A stretch of DNA of 64,000 bases from Sphagnum compactum (Eukaryota), in the NCBI GenBank assembly GCA_965153455.1, contig OZ234493.1, positions 34,338,213 through 34,402,212 on the forward strand. The letters are read 5' to 3'. The notes under the pieces were generated by a model. That model was not told the origin of the DNA. It did no database searches and was given only the letters and a program-made list of their open reading frames with translations. Shown piece after piece: positions 46,094 through 59,889 of the stretch (position 1 is the first letter of the stretch; each line of letters opens with the position of its first letter). Both the position numbers and the translations under genes were made by a program.

Positions 46094-49000
46094 TAAAATA
46101 AACTTTGGGGTTTCATATTATTATTTAGCTTAGTTTTTAGATGCCTTCATTTTAATCCTGGACCCTGGAGTATTTATTGCTTAAGTTCTTTTTTGCAGAG
46201 GTTGACTTTTGCATAAGATAGAATCGCTCATCACCAAACATGTACGTATTATCACCACCATCATCGCACAATTTCCAATATTTTTTGTCATTCCTTAACC
46301 AAAGTGAGCAATTTTTGTGTCATTGGACTCCCAACAAATTCAAGGGCTACAAAAGTTCTTTTGAGTGTCAGTCAGAAGTAAAAGGAACACTGCAGAGAAC
46401 ATGGAAGAGGATGAGTGATAGTTTGCCTCAATTTTTTTGAGAACATAGCTGTAAAGCCCTCTCTAGTTTCAGCCCCATATTTTTCTCATTTTTGGTTCAT
46501 TTTGAGTGATTTAAATGCTGATGGGTGCACCAACTAAGGCTTTGCAAAATTTCTTTGTATGAAATTTTGTATTCCATAAGCAAAGATCCAATGATCAAAG
46601 ATTTTAAGCTTAAAATTTTAATTTATTTTAATTCATTTTTCATCAAACACTAAACCACCCTTACACCAAACATCCCCATATTTTCTCCATTCCTTTATCA
46701 AATTGAGTAATTTTTGCCATATTGAAAGTGATAGAATTATGCCCTAGGGATGGATGCCACATGGACATGGCCTAATATGTAGGGTAACACCCTCAAGGTG
46801 GGGCATTCCCCAAGTAGGATTTTTTTAATTTTTAGAAAAAAAATCTCAAAAATAAAATATTTTTAGAAAATTCAGCATTTCTGAAAATAATAATATAATT
46901 AGTGTTGGATTGGCCCAAATATTACAATAGTAGTGTTTTCTTTTGAATGAAAATGCACAAATTTTGGACCTAAATATTGGGATGACGAATCACAAAGTTA
47001 ATTTCTTTCCAAATAAAAAAATTCGCAAAGAAAACCAATTCACAAAAAAAACTCTATTTGTCACTATATGTGACTATTAGTCATTTGTGACTATGTTTGG
47101 ACAATTTTGCAACCATTTCTTGTTTTGATCATGTTTGTAACTACACTGCAACTAGTTTGCGACTATTTTGATTTCCATCCTTCCATATGAAAACATTTAA
47201 TTTGATTTTCATCCAAAAAAACAACTTACATCCCATTAGTTGCAAATGTGATCAATCTAGTGACAACTATATGAATATATAAAGGTGTATTTTGTATATT
47301 CTAAAAGGTATAGTTGGGTATATTAAAATTTCCAAATTCCAATGACAATGTTTCATTGGAACAGGTTTATGTAGGATGGGTATTTTAACGATCGTCACTG
47401 TGACAATTATTTGAGTCATTTCAAATTATAATTTGTCATAGATCAAATTCATTTAAAATTTATTTCTTGTAGTCTATCTTGCACCCTTTCAATGGTTTCG
47501 TCTATTTTTATTTTGTTGTTTTTTCTTTTTGTCTATTTGTATCTTGTTTTGAACTTCTCTAATGAATCGAATTTTTGTTGACATCTTACCAAATCAAGAA
47601 TGAAAAAACAATTATGGACCAAAATGATGTATAGTGAAATTTATAAAATTTTATCTTTTGGAAAGACAAAATTGATTATAACAAAATTATTATGTCCACA
47701 AAAAATAATTTAATCATTGTCACTAGTAGTGCGAATCAACGTGCAGACCAAATGTATACTTTGAATATATATGAATGACCATATTGCATGTGTATTCAAG
47801 AATTATTATTAACATTAAATGGCCTCAATATTATGGTTACATTAGGTGTATATTTCGAATACATTAAAAAAATTCGTAAAATATTTATTAAATATATTGT
47901 GACCATACTATAAGTTTATCCAAGTTCTCTTATCATACATCCTAATTATAATTATTGCAAATGACATTTATTATTATTGATTTTATTATTACATTATATT
48001 ATTTTATTTTATTAATTACCTGATGATAAAAAATAATAATGTTCAACATTATCTTTGATTAAAATTTTAAAATATTATTATGTTTTTACATAATAATGAT
48101 AATGATGAGGATATTAATATTGTATTATATATATACACACACACATAAAATTACTGAAATTAAAAACATTATGCCTACTGAAATTACTATTATTATATCA
48201 TTATTACTATTATATATTGATATTTATAATCTTATAGAAGTTATAAAAATTGATACAATAATAAAAGTACGAACAAAAAATATTTAACCTAAATTAGTTA
48301 ATGCTTCAGATAATAATTTTATTATATTTTAATATTTATGTATATAAATCACCAAATTAATAACTTAAAATATAATAAAATATTATATAATTACTAAAAT
48401 TATTTCAAAAGACTATTGTTTTTTTTATAAATTTTTTATTCATTTCAAAATTAAAATTTTATTATGATAAATCATAATAGCTTTAACACGTGACATAATA
48501 ATATATATATATATAATAATAATAATAAAATGCTAAGCTAGACTAACTACAAATTACATTATTATTATAGTTATTAACAATCAATTAAATTAAGTATTAT
48601 TACATTATAATCAATTACTGAAATATATTTTTAATTTTATTTGTTTTATTTATTTTATAATAATTACTATAATATTTAGTAAGGAAATCTAGTAAATTAA
48701 TATATAAATGTCGAAATTATTTCAAAGGACAAATATAAATAATTTTATAAATAATTTCAACCATAAGTTTTTATTATAATAGTTTATAAATAACTATAAA
48801 AAGTGAAATAATAATATGAATAATCAAATAAAATAGCTAGCTTTGGCTACCAACTAATTACAATAATAATTGAATTAATGTTATTAAAATTTTTAAATTA
48901 TTTGTTATATTTATTATTGCCTATAAAAATGAAAAAAAGGAATAGTTATAATAAAGTAGTTAACCTAGGCTAGCTACTAGTTATATTATTAGATTTTTAA

Positions 49001-49495
49001 GTATTAATATTTAACATTTAAAATTAATAGTTAATGTTTATTGATTAATCAATATTCTAATTATTAATTTTTTATGAGCTATTAATTATAAGTTATTAAT
49101 AATTTATTTATTATTTCAATATTAACCAAGTATTAATTAATTAAATTAGTTCATAGATCATTATAATTAATATTTAATTTACAATAAAAAAATTTCTTAA
49201 CTAGTAAATTTAGTTATACTTGATAATAACTAATAATATCATTCATTCATTCATTATGTAATTATTTAATTATAAAGTATTGATGATTGATATTATAAAT
49301 AATTAGTTAGTTGGCTAATTTACTGGTTAATTAATTAGTTTTTAATATTTTTAATTAATTAACATGTTTTAGTGATTTTATTATTTAATTAGTTTAATTA
49401 TTAGTTAAATAGTTAGTTAATTAGGTAATCATTTACCTATTTAATTATATAATTTATCAAATTTAAAATGACTATAAAAATATGGGATAAACTTT

Positions 49496-52400
49496 CACTA
49501 GAAGGAAAACATGTATTTTTCACTAGTTTTTGTGATTAAATTTTAATCGCAAGAGACATTTTGCAACTAAAATCCTTTTAGTCGCCTAAGACAAGTCGCA
49601 TGTGATAAATTAGTCACAAATGACAAAGGGTATTGTATGAAAGAAAAAGTCAACAAATACATTTCATCCTTTGACTCCATTATATACGTATTATCACATG
49701 CGACTAAGATGCAACTATTTTGGTCACAATTGAAAGCAAATGATGTGCTTCCACGTCTTATGATTATTTATAATAATAATATTATTATTATTATTATGAA
49801 ATAATTTAGGACGTCCAATTCAAATACTTGGATGATATTATATGATGACACGTGGCCCAATGTAAGTATATTTAAAATAATAATATAGGTTGGTAGGTAC
49901 CTAGGTAGGTACATAAATAGGTCCTACAAACTTAAGCTACATACCAGCCTACCTACTTAAGTAAAAAAATAGGTAGGTAGGTTCTACCTTCCTAGGTTAA
50001 ATACCTATTCATTAAGGTAAGTACTTAGGTAGGTAGGTACATAGGTCGACCTAAGTGGGTAGGTCAAACTAAATACCTACCTAGCTAGGTAGATAAGTAG
50101 GTTGGGAAGGTAAGTACTTTAAAAATGTGCATAATTGGTTTTTTTGTTTTGGGTTGAGCCCTTTGATTAGCTCATCCCATGTGCACAAATTTCCTAATGT
50201 GAAATTAAATGACCACACCCCCTTGTTTATATAGTGTTCAAAATAGGAATGAAGAACAAACAATATGGGATAAGTTTTGAAATTGCAACTTCTTCACAAA
50301 CTAAATTCTAATTCTAGAACTTTCTTCATGGCTTACTTTTTTTATAGAATTCTAAACAATTCAAGTACTAGATAATTAGATAATCATTTAATTAATAATG
50401 ATTAAACTTACATATATTTAGATTATAAATTATACACTACAAATATTCAATATTCATTAACAATTACTTAAATGAGCAAATAATTTCTTAATATTTAACA
50501 AACTAACCATCTAGTTACTCACAAGTTATTAATACATAACTCATAAATAATTAGATAACTAAAATATTTTAAAATATTTTATAACTTTTTAGAGTCTGAT
50601 CAAATTATATATAATATAATTAATGTTAAACTAATTTAATGACTATAATTTTAAAATTAAATATTTTAACTATTCATGTTAAAATTATAGGTAATGAATT
50701 AACAAGTGCTATTAAAAAGTCAAGTCTTACACGATTTTTAAAAAATTATTATTCAACTAATTACATTAATTATTGTATAATTACATTTATTGTTGTAAAA
50801 TTATTATAGGTCAAATAATATTTTTCGCTTGGTAATTATTAACTATAAATACAATAATTTGTTAAACATAACATTAATTTTCATAATTACTGTAAAATTA
50901 CTATAAAATATTTATCATAGATGATTAATCTCAGAATTTTTAATAATATTATTATTATATAGTAATTTGAGAAATTTAAATCAATAAAATAATTATTTTA
51001 ACTACACTATAATTTTTCCAAATTTTTAATTCAGGTTTGAAGTGATAAATTACAGAGTGTGAATAATTATGTTTACTTAGAACATAATTATGCACATATT
51101 AATTGATTCTTATCTGAAGTAATTGCAATGATTTTAAATTAATGACACATTAATTAAATTACTTAATTTCTTCTAATATAAGAATATAAATCAGATAATA
51201 AACAAATCTGTGTTATAACAATAATTATTTAGTGTAACTTAGATTTAATAGACATAACTATTTATAAAAGTAATTTATAATGGATATCACTAGTAGAAAA
51301 AACCCTTGAATCTCAATCAATAATTTTATGAATTATAATACAAATTTAAGATTCCAAAATAATAATTCAGAATTCAAATATCAATTTTTAGATTAAATAA
51401 ATTTTTTGAATCTAAATAACAAATTTCAGAATTGAAATGTCAATTTTCAGATTCAAATAATAATATTCAAAATAAAATGTCCATTTTAAGAGTTAAATAA
51501 ATAATTTTCTGAATTGAAATATTAATTTCGAGAATCCAAAAATAATAATTTGGAATTCAATTTTCAACTTTCAAGTCAAATAATTTCTTAAAATTTAAAT
51601 TTAAAACTTCAGAATTCAAATATCAAATTTCAAGTTCAAATAAAAATATTTAAAATCAAAATGGCGATTTTTAGACTCAATAAATATTTTTGAATTGAAA
51701 TACTAATTTTTAGATTCAAAAATAATAATTTACAATTCAAATATCAAATTTTAAATCAAATATGTTTTTTGAATTTAAATAACAATTTCCAAAATTCAAA
51801 TGTCAATTTTCAGATTTAAATTAAAATATTCAAAATTGAAATGTCCATTTTTAGACTAAATTAGTAATTTTCAGAGTGGAAGTATTAATTTTGAGAATCC
51901 AAAATAAAAATTCTGAATTGAAATTTCAGGTTCAAATCAAATGATTATTTAAAATTTAAATGAAAAATTTTCAGAGTTGAAATATACATTTTCCTATTCA
52001 TATAAAAATATTCAAAATTAAAATTTCCGTTTTTATATTCAATTACTAATTTTCTGATTTGAAATACTAATTTTTGGATTCAAAAATATTAATTAGAATT
52101 CAAATATTAATTTTTATATCAAATAAGCCTTTTTGAATTTAAATTGAAAATATCATATTAAAATCAAAAATTTGAAATTCAAATAATGTTTTAAATAATT
52201 GAAATAACAATTTTCAGATTCAAATATCAAGTTTCAAATTTTAATATATTTTTTGAAAATTTAAATATTAGTTTTTAGAATTTAAGGATCAATTTTCAGA
52301 TTTGAATAAAAAATTCAAAGTTCAAATATTCATTTTGAGATTCATTATATGAACAATATACATACGTACGCATATTATGTATATATAATGTTAATACATA

Positions 52401-52689
52401 CACTAAAATACACCCTTATGTCATTGTAGAATACCTTTAAGATGTAACTAATTTGGTGACTATTGCGACTAATGGGACATATCAACCTATTAATGGATGA
52501 AAATAAATGTAAAATCAATCTAACCTATAGGATGAAATTTTTAATAGTTGCATCATAGTTGTGCGAATGACCAAAATATTTGAAATTTGGTCTTGTAGTT
52601 GCAAGTATTCCCAAATTTAATCACAAACGCCTACAAGTCGCATGTAGTCGTAAATGGAGTGGTTACATTTTGGCTGATTTCTACTAGTG
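49496..52689. mobile_element. Non-autonomous CACTA element nested in opposite orientation
   Basis: Termini CACTAGAAGGAAAA (49496) and ...TTTCTACTAGTG (52689) are flanked by TTT on both sides (3-bp TSD). Subterminal TTGCAACTA/GCGACTA motifs and TAGG-rich tracts are present. Confidence 0.75.
51305..52345. repeat. AT-rich tandem array with 181-182-bp monomers built from ~20-bp subunits
   Basis: A GAATTGAAATA.TAATTT..GA.T.CAAAA-like anchor occurs at 51330, 51511, 51692, 51874 and 52056 (spacing 181, 181, 182, 182). Confidence 0.85.
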
Positions 52690-53655
52690 TTTCTAGTTGC
52701 AAGTAATTTGCATATAAAAATGTTTAGTTGTAAACTTTTTGCAACTAAAAACTTTATCCCATATGTTTTGGTTTTCATTTTCATCTTGAAAAGTATATAA
52801 ACAAGATGTTTTGTCCTACACTTTTATGTTTAAAACCATGGGCATATGAGATGAATCAATAAAAAAACGTTTAACCCAAAATAAAAAATACATATTTGTG
52901 TATTTACACCTAACTTACTTACCTCCCTGACCTACTTATTTAACTACCTAAGTAGGTATTTATCCTAACTAAGTAAGTAGGTTTTAACTAGATATCTAAT
53001 TAGGTCTAGTCCAACTAGATGAGTATGTAAATTCTACCTACCTATTTACCTACCTACATAGGTAGGTTAACTTAGGTAGGTAGGTAGGTAGCTACCTACT
53101 TACCTGTTTATCTACTTACTTAGTTTGACCTAATATAATAAATATTGATTTACATTTATTTTAGACAAATTCAATTTATATGCCACATGGCAAATTTTTA
53201 TTGCATCATGTTTTATAATCTTAAACCATTCAAGCATAAAAATTAAATGTTTTAGATTATTTCAAAATTATAATAAAAATATTTGAAATTATTAAAAGTT
53301 GGGACATGTGGCAAAACATCACTTGCTCCCATTGTTCACCAAAAAAGTTGCATTTTAATCACAAGTGACAATACATATATGCTTAGTCAAAAGATGAAAT
53401 TATATTTCATTGACTTTTTCTTTTATCAAAAATTCCTTGTCGTTTACAACTAGTGTGAGATGCAACTTGTTCAATGTGACTATTAAGATTTTTGTTGCAA
53501 ATGTCACTTGCGATTAAAAATTAGTTGTAGGGACTAGTTGCAAAATGGCCATTTTCTATGAGTGTTATATGTTTGAACCCTAAATAGTCAATTCAAGGCT
53601 TTGCTTCAAGGTTTTTGTTCTGTATACTTTTCCTTGCAATTTGTAAGTTCTTTAC

Positions 53656-53866
53656 TGTTGAGATGTCAAGCTCAACTAGAGCTGACACTCATGATGTGCG
53701 TCAATGACCGTTCTACATCGACTGGCACGCTTAGTGACCGTTCTACATCCACATCAACCGACGCGCACACGACGGATCTTCGCCACTGTTTTTTGTAGGA
53801 CTTGTTGCCTTCTTGGTGTGTGTGTGTTTTGCAAGAGCTCAAGTTCTCCCCCCCCCAATCTTTTCA
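53656..53866 (+). repeat. 5' LTR (211 bp)
   Basis: TGTTGAGATG...CTTTTCA, a direct repeat of 58520-58729. Confidence 0.97.
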
Positions 53867-53878
53867 TGGTATCAGAGC
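53867..53878 (+). other. Primer binding site complementary to tRNA-iMet 3' end
   Basis: TGGTATCAGAGC immediately after the 5' LTR. Confidence 0.95.
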
Positions 53879-54162
53879 CTAGTACAGGCTAAAGGCTGAG
53901 CAGCAAGCACAAGAAGCAAAGGAGGCGGTACGACGGCGAGAGGTCATCATCTCTTCCCCCTTCGTGTTCACCACTACACCCGTGTCGGAGCTCTTCGGGA
54001 GGCACTGGCAAACGACATCGGATCGAGGAGCTGTCTTCACCAAGACGAAGCTATAGGGATTGTATACAATCTTTCGGACGAAATTTTGGGGCTGAAACTA
54101 TGTTTCTGCATCATCTCGACCTCTGTTTTGAGTCAGCAGGCGTTCGTGTGCTATTCGGACAA

Positions 54163-57100
54163 GATGTCAAACGGCATCAATCAAATTGTTAGTGAGAAGC
54201 TTGAAAAGAACAACTTCCATGCTTGGAAGTTCAGGATGACCAATTTCCTTATGGGAAAAGGATTTTGGAACTATGTGGAAGGTGAGAATGAAGACCCTCC
54301 AGAGTTGCCCAAGGAGAATGCCACTGCAGTAGAGATAAAGGCATTCAAGGATTGGAACCAAGGTGCACGCAAGGTCATGTATTGGTTGTTTGTCAGTGTT
54401 ACAGACACTATGATTGGGCACATACAGGATGCTCACACTCCAGCAGAAGCATGGCAAAACTTGGTGCACATGTTCAAGACAAATACAAAGGTAAGGAAGC
54501 TGCAGCTAAAACAAGAGCTGCACACTATGGAGAAGAAGAACATGTCTATCAATGAGTATTCATTGAAGATCAAGGGTATTGTTGAATCCCTTGCATCTAT
54601 TAATGTATCTGTGGATGATGATGATTTGGTCAGTGTTTGTCTAAATGGACTTGGAAAGGAATACAAACCTTTCAAGACATCCATAATTGTCAGGGAGAAT
54701 GTTCCCAACTTTCGAGATCTTGTTTCAATGTTGATTGTAGAAAAGAAAACTTTAAATGAAGACTGTTCTACACAAAACAAGAACAATGTAGAGCAGCAGG
54801 CCTTCTACTCAACTACAGGTAGAGGCAGAGGAAGAGGTCGTGGTCAAGGCCAAGGTGGTGGCCGTTTTGGAAATCAGAATTTTGGACAGCAACAGTCAAA
54901 TGACTCACAACAACAACAGTCATACAAAGGTGGTGGAAGAGGCCAGTCTCAAGGCAGGGGGGGGAAAGAGGACATGGCAATTGGAACAGACAACAATCTG
55001 GATCAGATTCTAGAGACTGTCATTATTGTGGCAAACCAGGCCATTGGGCCAGAAAATGTAGAAAGAAGGAAAGTGACATGAGGAATGGAAGACTGCAGCA
55101 AAATAATTATGCATCCTCAAGCAAGCAGGTTGAAGATAGGTATGAGCATCTATTAGTTGTGCAGCACATGCTAAATACAATGGCTGCAAATGTATCCACA
55201 AATGTTGATAATGTATGGTATGTGGATTCGGGAGCCTCTAACCACATGACCTATCATGGTGAGTGGTTTAGGGATGTCAAAAATCTGGAAAAACCAGGTT
55301 ATGTAGAGACGGGAGATGACATAGCCCATCCCATTGCTCATATCGGGAATGTGCCATTAGTTATGCAAGATGGCAAGATAAAGTACTTGTCTGATGTACT
55401 TCGTGTGCCCAATATCACAAAGAACTTGGTTTCTGTTGGGCAAATGATTGAGCAAGGTTTGCAAGTTCGGTTCAACCCTGATGGCTGCTATGTCGAAGAC
55501 TTCAAGGACAAATGTCGTTTAGTTGCTAAGGGCAAAAGAGTGGGCAGAATGTTTACTTTGGATGTAAGCATGCCTGAGGTGGAAGTTGCTATGTTTGCAC
55601 AAGGTGCAGGATTTGTGGCTGATATGGACATATGGCATAAGCGTATCGGTCATGTAAATGAGCAACGATTGAAGTCTATGCAGAATTCAGAAATTGTCAC
55701 TAGTTTGCCAAAGTTTAAGGTGGATGGAATGCATAAGATATGTGAAGCATGTCAATTTGGGAAGCAAACAAGGAATGTGTTTCCGCATGACAAGAATGTA
55801 AGTAAGAGAGCACTTGATGTAGTGCATTCAGATGTATGGGGGCCAACCAAGACGACGTCAATGGGAGGATGTCGCTACTATGTATCATTCATTGATGACC
55901 ACACAAGGAAAGTGTGGGTGTACTTCATGAAGGAAAAAAGTGAAGTGTTTACTCACTTTCAGAATTTCAGAATGTTGGCTGAAAAGCAAACAGGGTTGCA
56001 AGTTAAGTGCCTAAGGTCAGATGGAGGGGGAGAATATTTCTCCAATGAGTTTATTACATATCTGAAAATGCATGGAATTCAGAGGCAATTTACATGCAGG
56101 TATACTCCGTAGCAAAATGGAGTTGCTGAGAGAAAGAACAGGCACATTGCAGAGGTTGCTCGTGCATTAATGGCTGACAAGAGCATGCCACATATTATTG
56201 GGCTGAAGCAGTTGCGACTGCAGTTTACATCATGAACAGGACCCCCACAGCAGCAGTGCATGGTATGACTCCAGAGGAGAAGTACAGTGGCAGAAAACCA
56301 GATTTGTCACACTTGAAAGTGTTTGGGTGCATTGCATATGTACATGTACCAGATGAGCTACGGACTAAATTGGATCCGAAGGCTGAAAAATGTATTTTCA
56401 TTGGATACTCACTTGAGCAAAAAGGGTACAGATGTTATAACCCTATCACATGTGAAATGAGGGTGAGCAGGGATGTTGTGTTTGATGAAATGAGCAGCTG
56501 GTATGCTGATGTAAAAGACACTATTGGGGCTGATGCAGACGAGCATGTGGTTGCAAAGAATGCAGGTCAGCAATCACAAACATTGAGTGGACCACGAGAG
56601 TCCCCTTCTAGTGGGTCTACTAATAGACCATGGAGTGGTAGGCTGCGTCATAATAGCAGTCCTACAAATACAGGTGATGCATCATATAAAGGAAAATAGA
56701 AGGTTAGCGAGGCCCTTGGTATGCCTGACATTTCTGCAGGATATTCACATGTAGATGGAGAGTCTAGTGGCTCTGAGCAGAGCCTTGATGAGGAGTTTGG
56801 GATTCCAGCTATCAGGACACCTGGTGTGAAAAGAGCTAATGCAGCAAATAGGACACCACGGACAGATCCAGGTCCACGCAGGTCTACCAGGGAAAGACGA
56901 CCAGTCCAGAGATTGATACGTGATGGTTATGTAGTTCGCCATTATGCATATATGGCAAAGGTTGTGCAGGATGTTGAACCCATTTGTTTTGAGGATGCCA
57001 TTGGGCATGCACTTTGGGATAAAGCCATGGATGAGGAGATGGCTGCATTAGATGCAAACAGGACATGGGAGTTGGTGTCTTTGCCTGAAGGGAAAAAAGC

Positions 57101-58519
57101 TATTGGATGTAAGTGGGTGTACAAAGTGAAGCACAACTCGGATGGAAGCATAAGCAGGTATAAGGCTAGATTAGTAGCCAAAGGATATGCCCAGACACAT
57201 GGCATTGATTATGAGGAGACATTTGCTCCTGTTGCAAAGATGGCAACAGTGAGAGCTATGATTGCAGTGGCTGCATCAAGAGGTTGGGTGTTACATCAAA
57301 TGGATGTAAAGAATGCCTTCTTGAATGGCAAGTTGCAAGAAGAGGTGTATTTGGACCAGCCACCTGGATATGAGGATATGAGTCACCCAAATTATGTGAG
57401 CAGGCTACGTAAAGCCTTGTATGGACTGAAACAGGCACCGAGAGCATGGCATGACAAAATTGCAGAGTATCTTGTCACCATTGGCTTTCGTATGTCAAAT
57501 GCAGATCATTCACTCTATGTGCATAAAAGTGATGAGGGTATTGGGGTCATCACTATCTATGTGGATGATTTGATTGTTGGGGGTGACAATGAGAAGGAAG
57601 TTGAGCATGTAAAAAGTCTCTTTAAGCAGAAGTTTGACATGAAGGATTTGGGTGAGCTCAAATTCTTCCTAGGCATTGAGGTCATCAGGATGCCTGAGGG
57701 TATATGGTTGTTACAGCGACAGTATGCATTGGACATGCTGTCCAAATATGGTATGGTTGGTTGTAAGCCCATTTCTGTACCACTGAATCAGAATGGCAAG
57801 CTGAGTGCAGATGCAGGTGAGGTTTTAGAGGATGCCATTATGTACAGGAAGATAGTGGGCAGTCTTATCTACATGACGATCACCAGGCCGGACTTAAACT
57901 ACATAGTTGGGTTGGAGAGCCAGTTTATGCAGGTTCCTCGGAAGCCACATTTGGATGGTGTGAGGCACACACTACGCTATGTGAGTGCCACAGCAGATTA
58001 CGGTCTCTTTTATGAGGCTAACACAGAGTTGTAGGTGCATGGATACATAGATGCTGATTGAGCTGGTAGCATCTCAAACAGGAGATCTACTAGCGGTTTT
58101 ATGTTCTCTTTTGGGAGTGCTGCTATTACGTGGAGTAGCAAGAAGCAGCCGACAGTTGCCTTGTCGAGCACAGAGGCAGAGTATAGGGGTGCTACGATGG
58201 CAGCATGTGAGGTAGCTTGGCTCCGCAAGCTACTTGGAGATTTGGGGCTGCATGTGGATAGACAGGTTGTCATATATTGTGATAACCTTAGCAATATTCA
58301 ACTGGCTAGGAACCCAGTGTTTCATGCACGGACGAAACACATTGAGGTTCATTATCACTTCATTAGGGAGAAGGTCTTGGCAGGTGAGATTGATCTTATT
58401 TATGTCAACACAGAGGATCAGGTTGCTAACATCTTCACCAAGGTCTTGGGAGCTGAGAAGCATCGCCGATTCCGCAGCATGCTTGGAGTGATGGAGTTGG
58501 AATTGAGCTTGAGGGGGAG
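54163..58519 (+). pseudogene. Copia gag-pol polyprotein, disrupted
   Basis: Starts MSNGINQIVSEKLEKNNFHAWKFRM and is split across ORFs 54086, 55078, 56232, 56721 and 58101. The last frame runs through the PPT into the LTR. Confidence 0.92.
58511..58519 (+). other. Polypurine tract
   Basis: GAGGGGGAG directly before the TG of the 3' LTR. Confidence 0.9.
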
Positions 58520-58729
58520 TGTTAAGATGTCAAGCTCAACTAGAGCTGACACTCATGATGTGCGTCAGTGACCGTTCTACATCGACTGGCGCGTTTAGTG
58601 ACCGTTCTACATCCACATCGACTAACGCGCGCGCGACGGATCTTTGCCACTGTTTTTTGCAGGACTTGTTGCCTTCTTGGTGTGTGTGTGTTTTGCAAGA
58701 GCTGAAGCTCTCCCCCCCCAATCTTTTCA
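58520..58729 (+). repeat. 3' LTR (210 bp)
   Basis: TGTTAAGATG...CTTTTCA. Confidence 0.97.
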
Positions 58730-59889
58730 GTTACAAGTTGTAATTGTGAATTGTTGTTCAATTTTGACCCTTGGCATTCAATGGTTCACTATTTGCTAAT
58801 GTTCACCTTGTTGTTTAATCTCAAACCTCAATGCTCATTGTTAATTTTGTGTGGAATGTTGACTCTTGAATCAATGAGTCCAGTGAACTTATGTGGACAA
58901 TATGTAGTGCCAAATATCATGGCCCTCATCGTTCAACATTCATCACTCATTCTTTCATCATTCACTCTCTCATTCATTGTTCAACGTTTGCTCAATGGTC
59001 AATTCCATATCCACATTGAAATCTAGTGGGTTTTTTAACCAAAATTTCACTTCCAAACATGGGCCTTTTCTTATGCATAGGGATCAAGATTCAAGAATCT
59101 AGGATCTAAGTTCTTTGTTTGCATTTTTTGTAGTGCCAAGCTCTTAGTTCAAATTTCTTATTTGTTGCTACAAACACACATAATAACAAGCTTTTGGTTC
59201 ATATATTTTTATGATGTTGAATGGATACATGGTATGAAGCTCCTAGGTTGGATTTGTTGTATGAAGTTGCAAGCACACATGAAACAAGCTCATGGTTTAG
59301 ATTTCTTTTATGAAGTTGTAGGCACACACAACACCAATGAGTCGTGACCTAAGACCTTTAGGTTATCAAAAATGTTAGTTTAGATACCCAATTAAGTCAC
59401 AAGGGTTAAGCTTTTCAACATTTGGTTTGGATTTCTTGTGTGAGGTTGTAAACATAGTGCACACATTTTTTGTTTAAAATGTTACAACGTTATAGACTAC
59501 AATGAGGTTCTACCATGTGCATTCAAATTTATGTTACATTTGACATGAACGTTTTTTGTTAAACCTCTTAAATTTTCACTTCTAAATCAATTTTGTTGCT
59601 TGAAAGTTAAAATTTTAAGCATTCTTTTAAAGTTTCAATCACGCCTCCATGGTTACAAACTCCAAATGATTTCAAATTTAAATATTTATTTGGTGGTCAA
59701 GTCCCAAAAAATGCCCTTGCATCCGATGAATTCATTTCTTTTGATGTACTTAAATTTAATCATATGGGTGAGCAAAGGATCAATTGCAGAACCCTAAATT
59801 AACAACTTTCCACCTCAAAATTCTAACATACTTCTTGAAATGTTTGAACCTTTTGAAAACCCTAACCACATCATTGTTGAAAATGTGTG

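Larger units (their letters stand above)
47020..53564. mobile_element. Older non-autonomous CACTA-type element (host copy), left end decayed
   Basis: The right end reads ...CATTTTCTATGAGTG (53564). 52830-53564 is the inverted homologue of 49496-50190, and 47050-47300 is the inverted homologue of 52400-52670. Very AT-rich, with no coding remnants seen. Confidence 0.6.
53656..58729 (+). mobile_element. Structurally complete but inactivated Ty1/Copia LTR retrotransposon (5074 bp)
   Basis: TG...CA LTRs, PBS, PPT and TSD TTTAC/GTTAC (1 mismatch). Order is gag (CHYCGKPGHWARKC), protease (WYVDSGASNH), integrase (WHKRIGH, HSDVWGP, RSDGGGE), RT (YKARLVAKG, MDVKNAFL, YVDD) and RNase H (SSTEAEY, RTKHIEVHYHF). 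Frameshifts at ~54960 and ~56190, stops at ~56110, 56697, 58032 and 58059. Confidence 0.97.

Noticed and set aside
51288..52689. Treating 51288-52689 as a self-contained CACTA element
   Set aside because: The TIRs match well, but the flanks are TAT/TTT. The 49496-52689 pairing has a perfect TTT TSD and a reconstructable empty site, so it is preferred. The alternative is not fully excluded.
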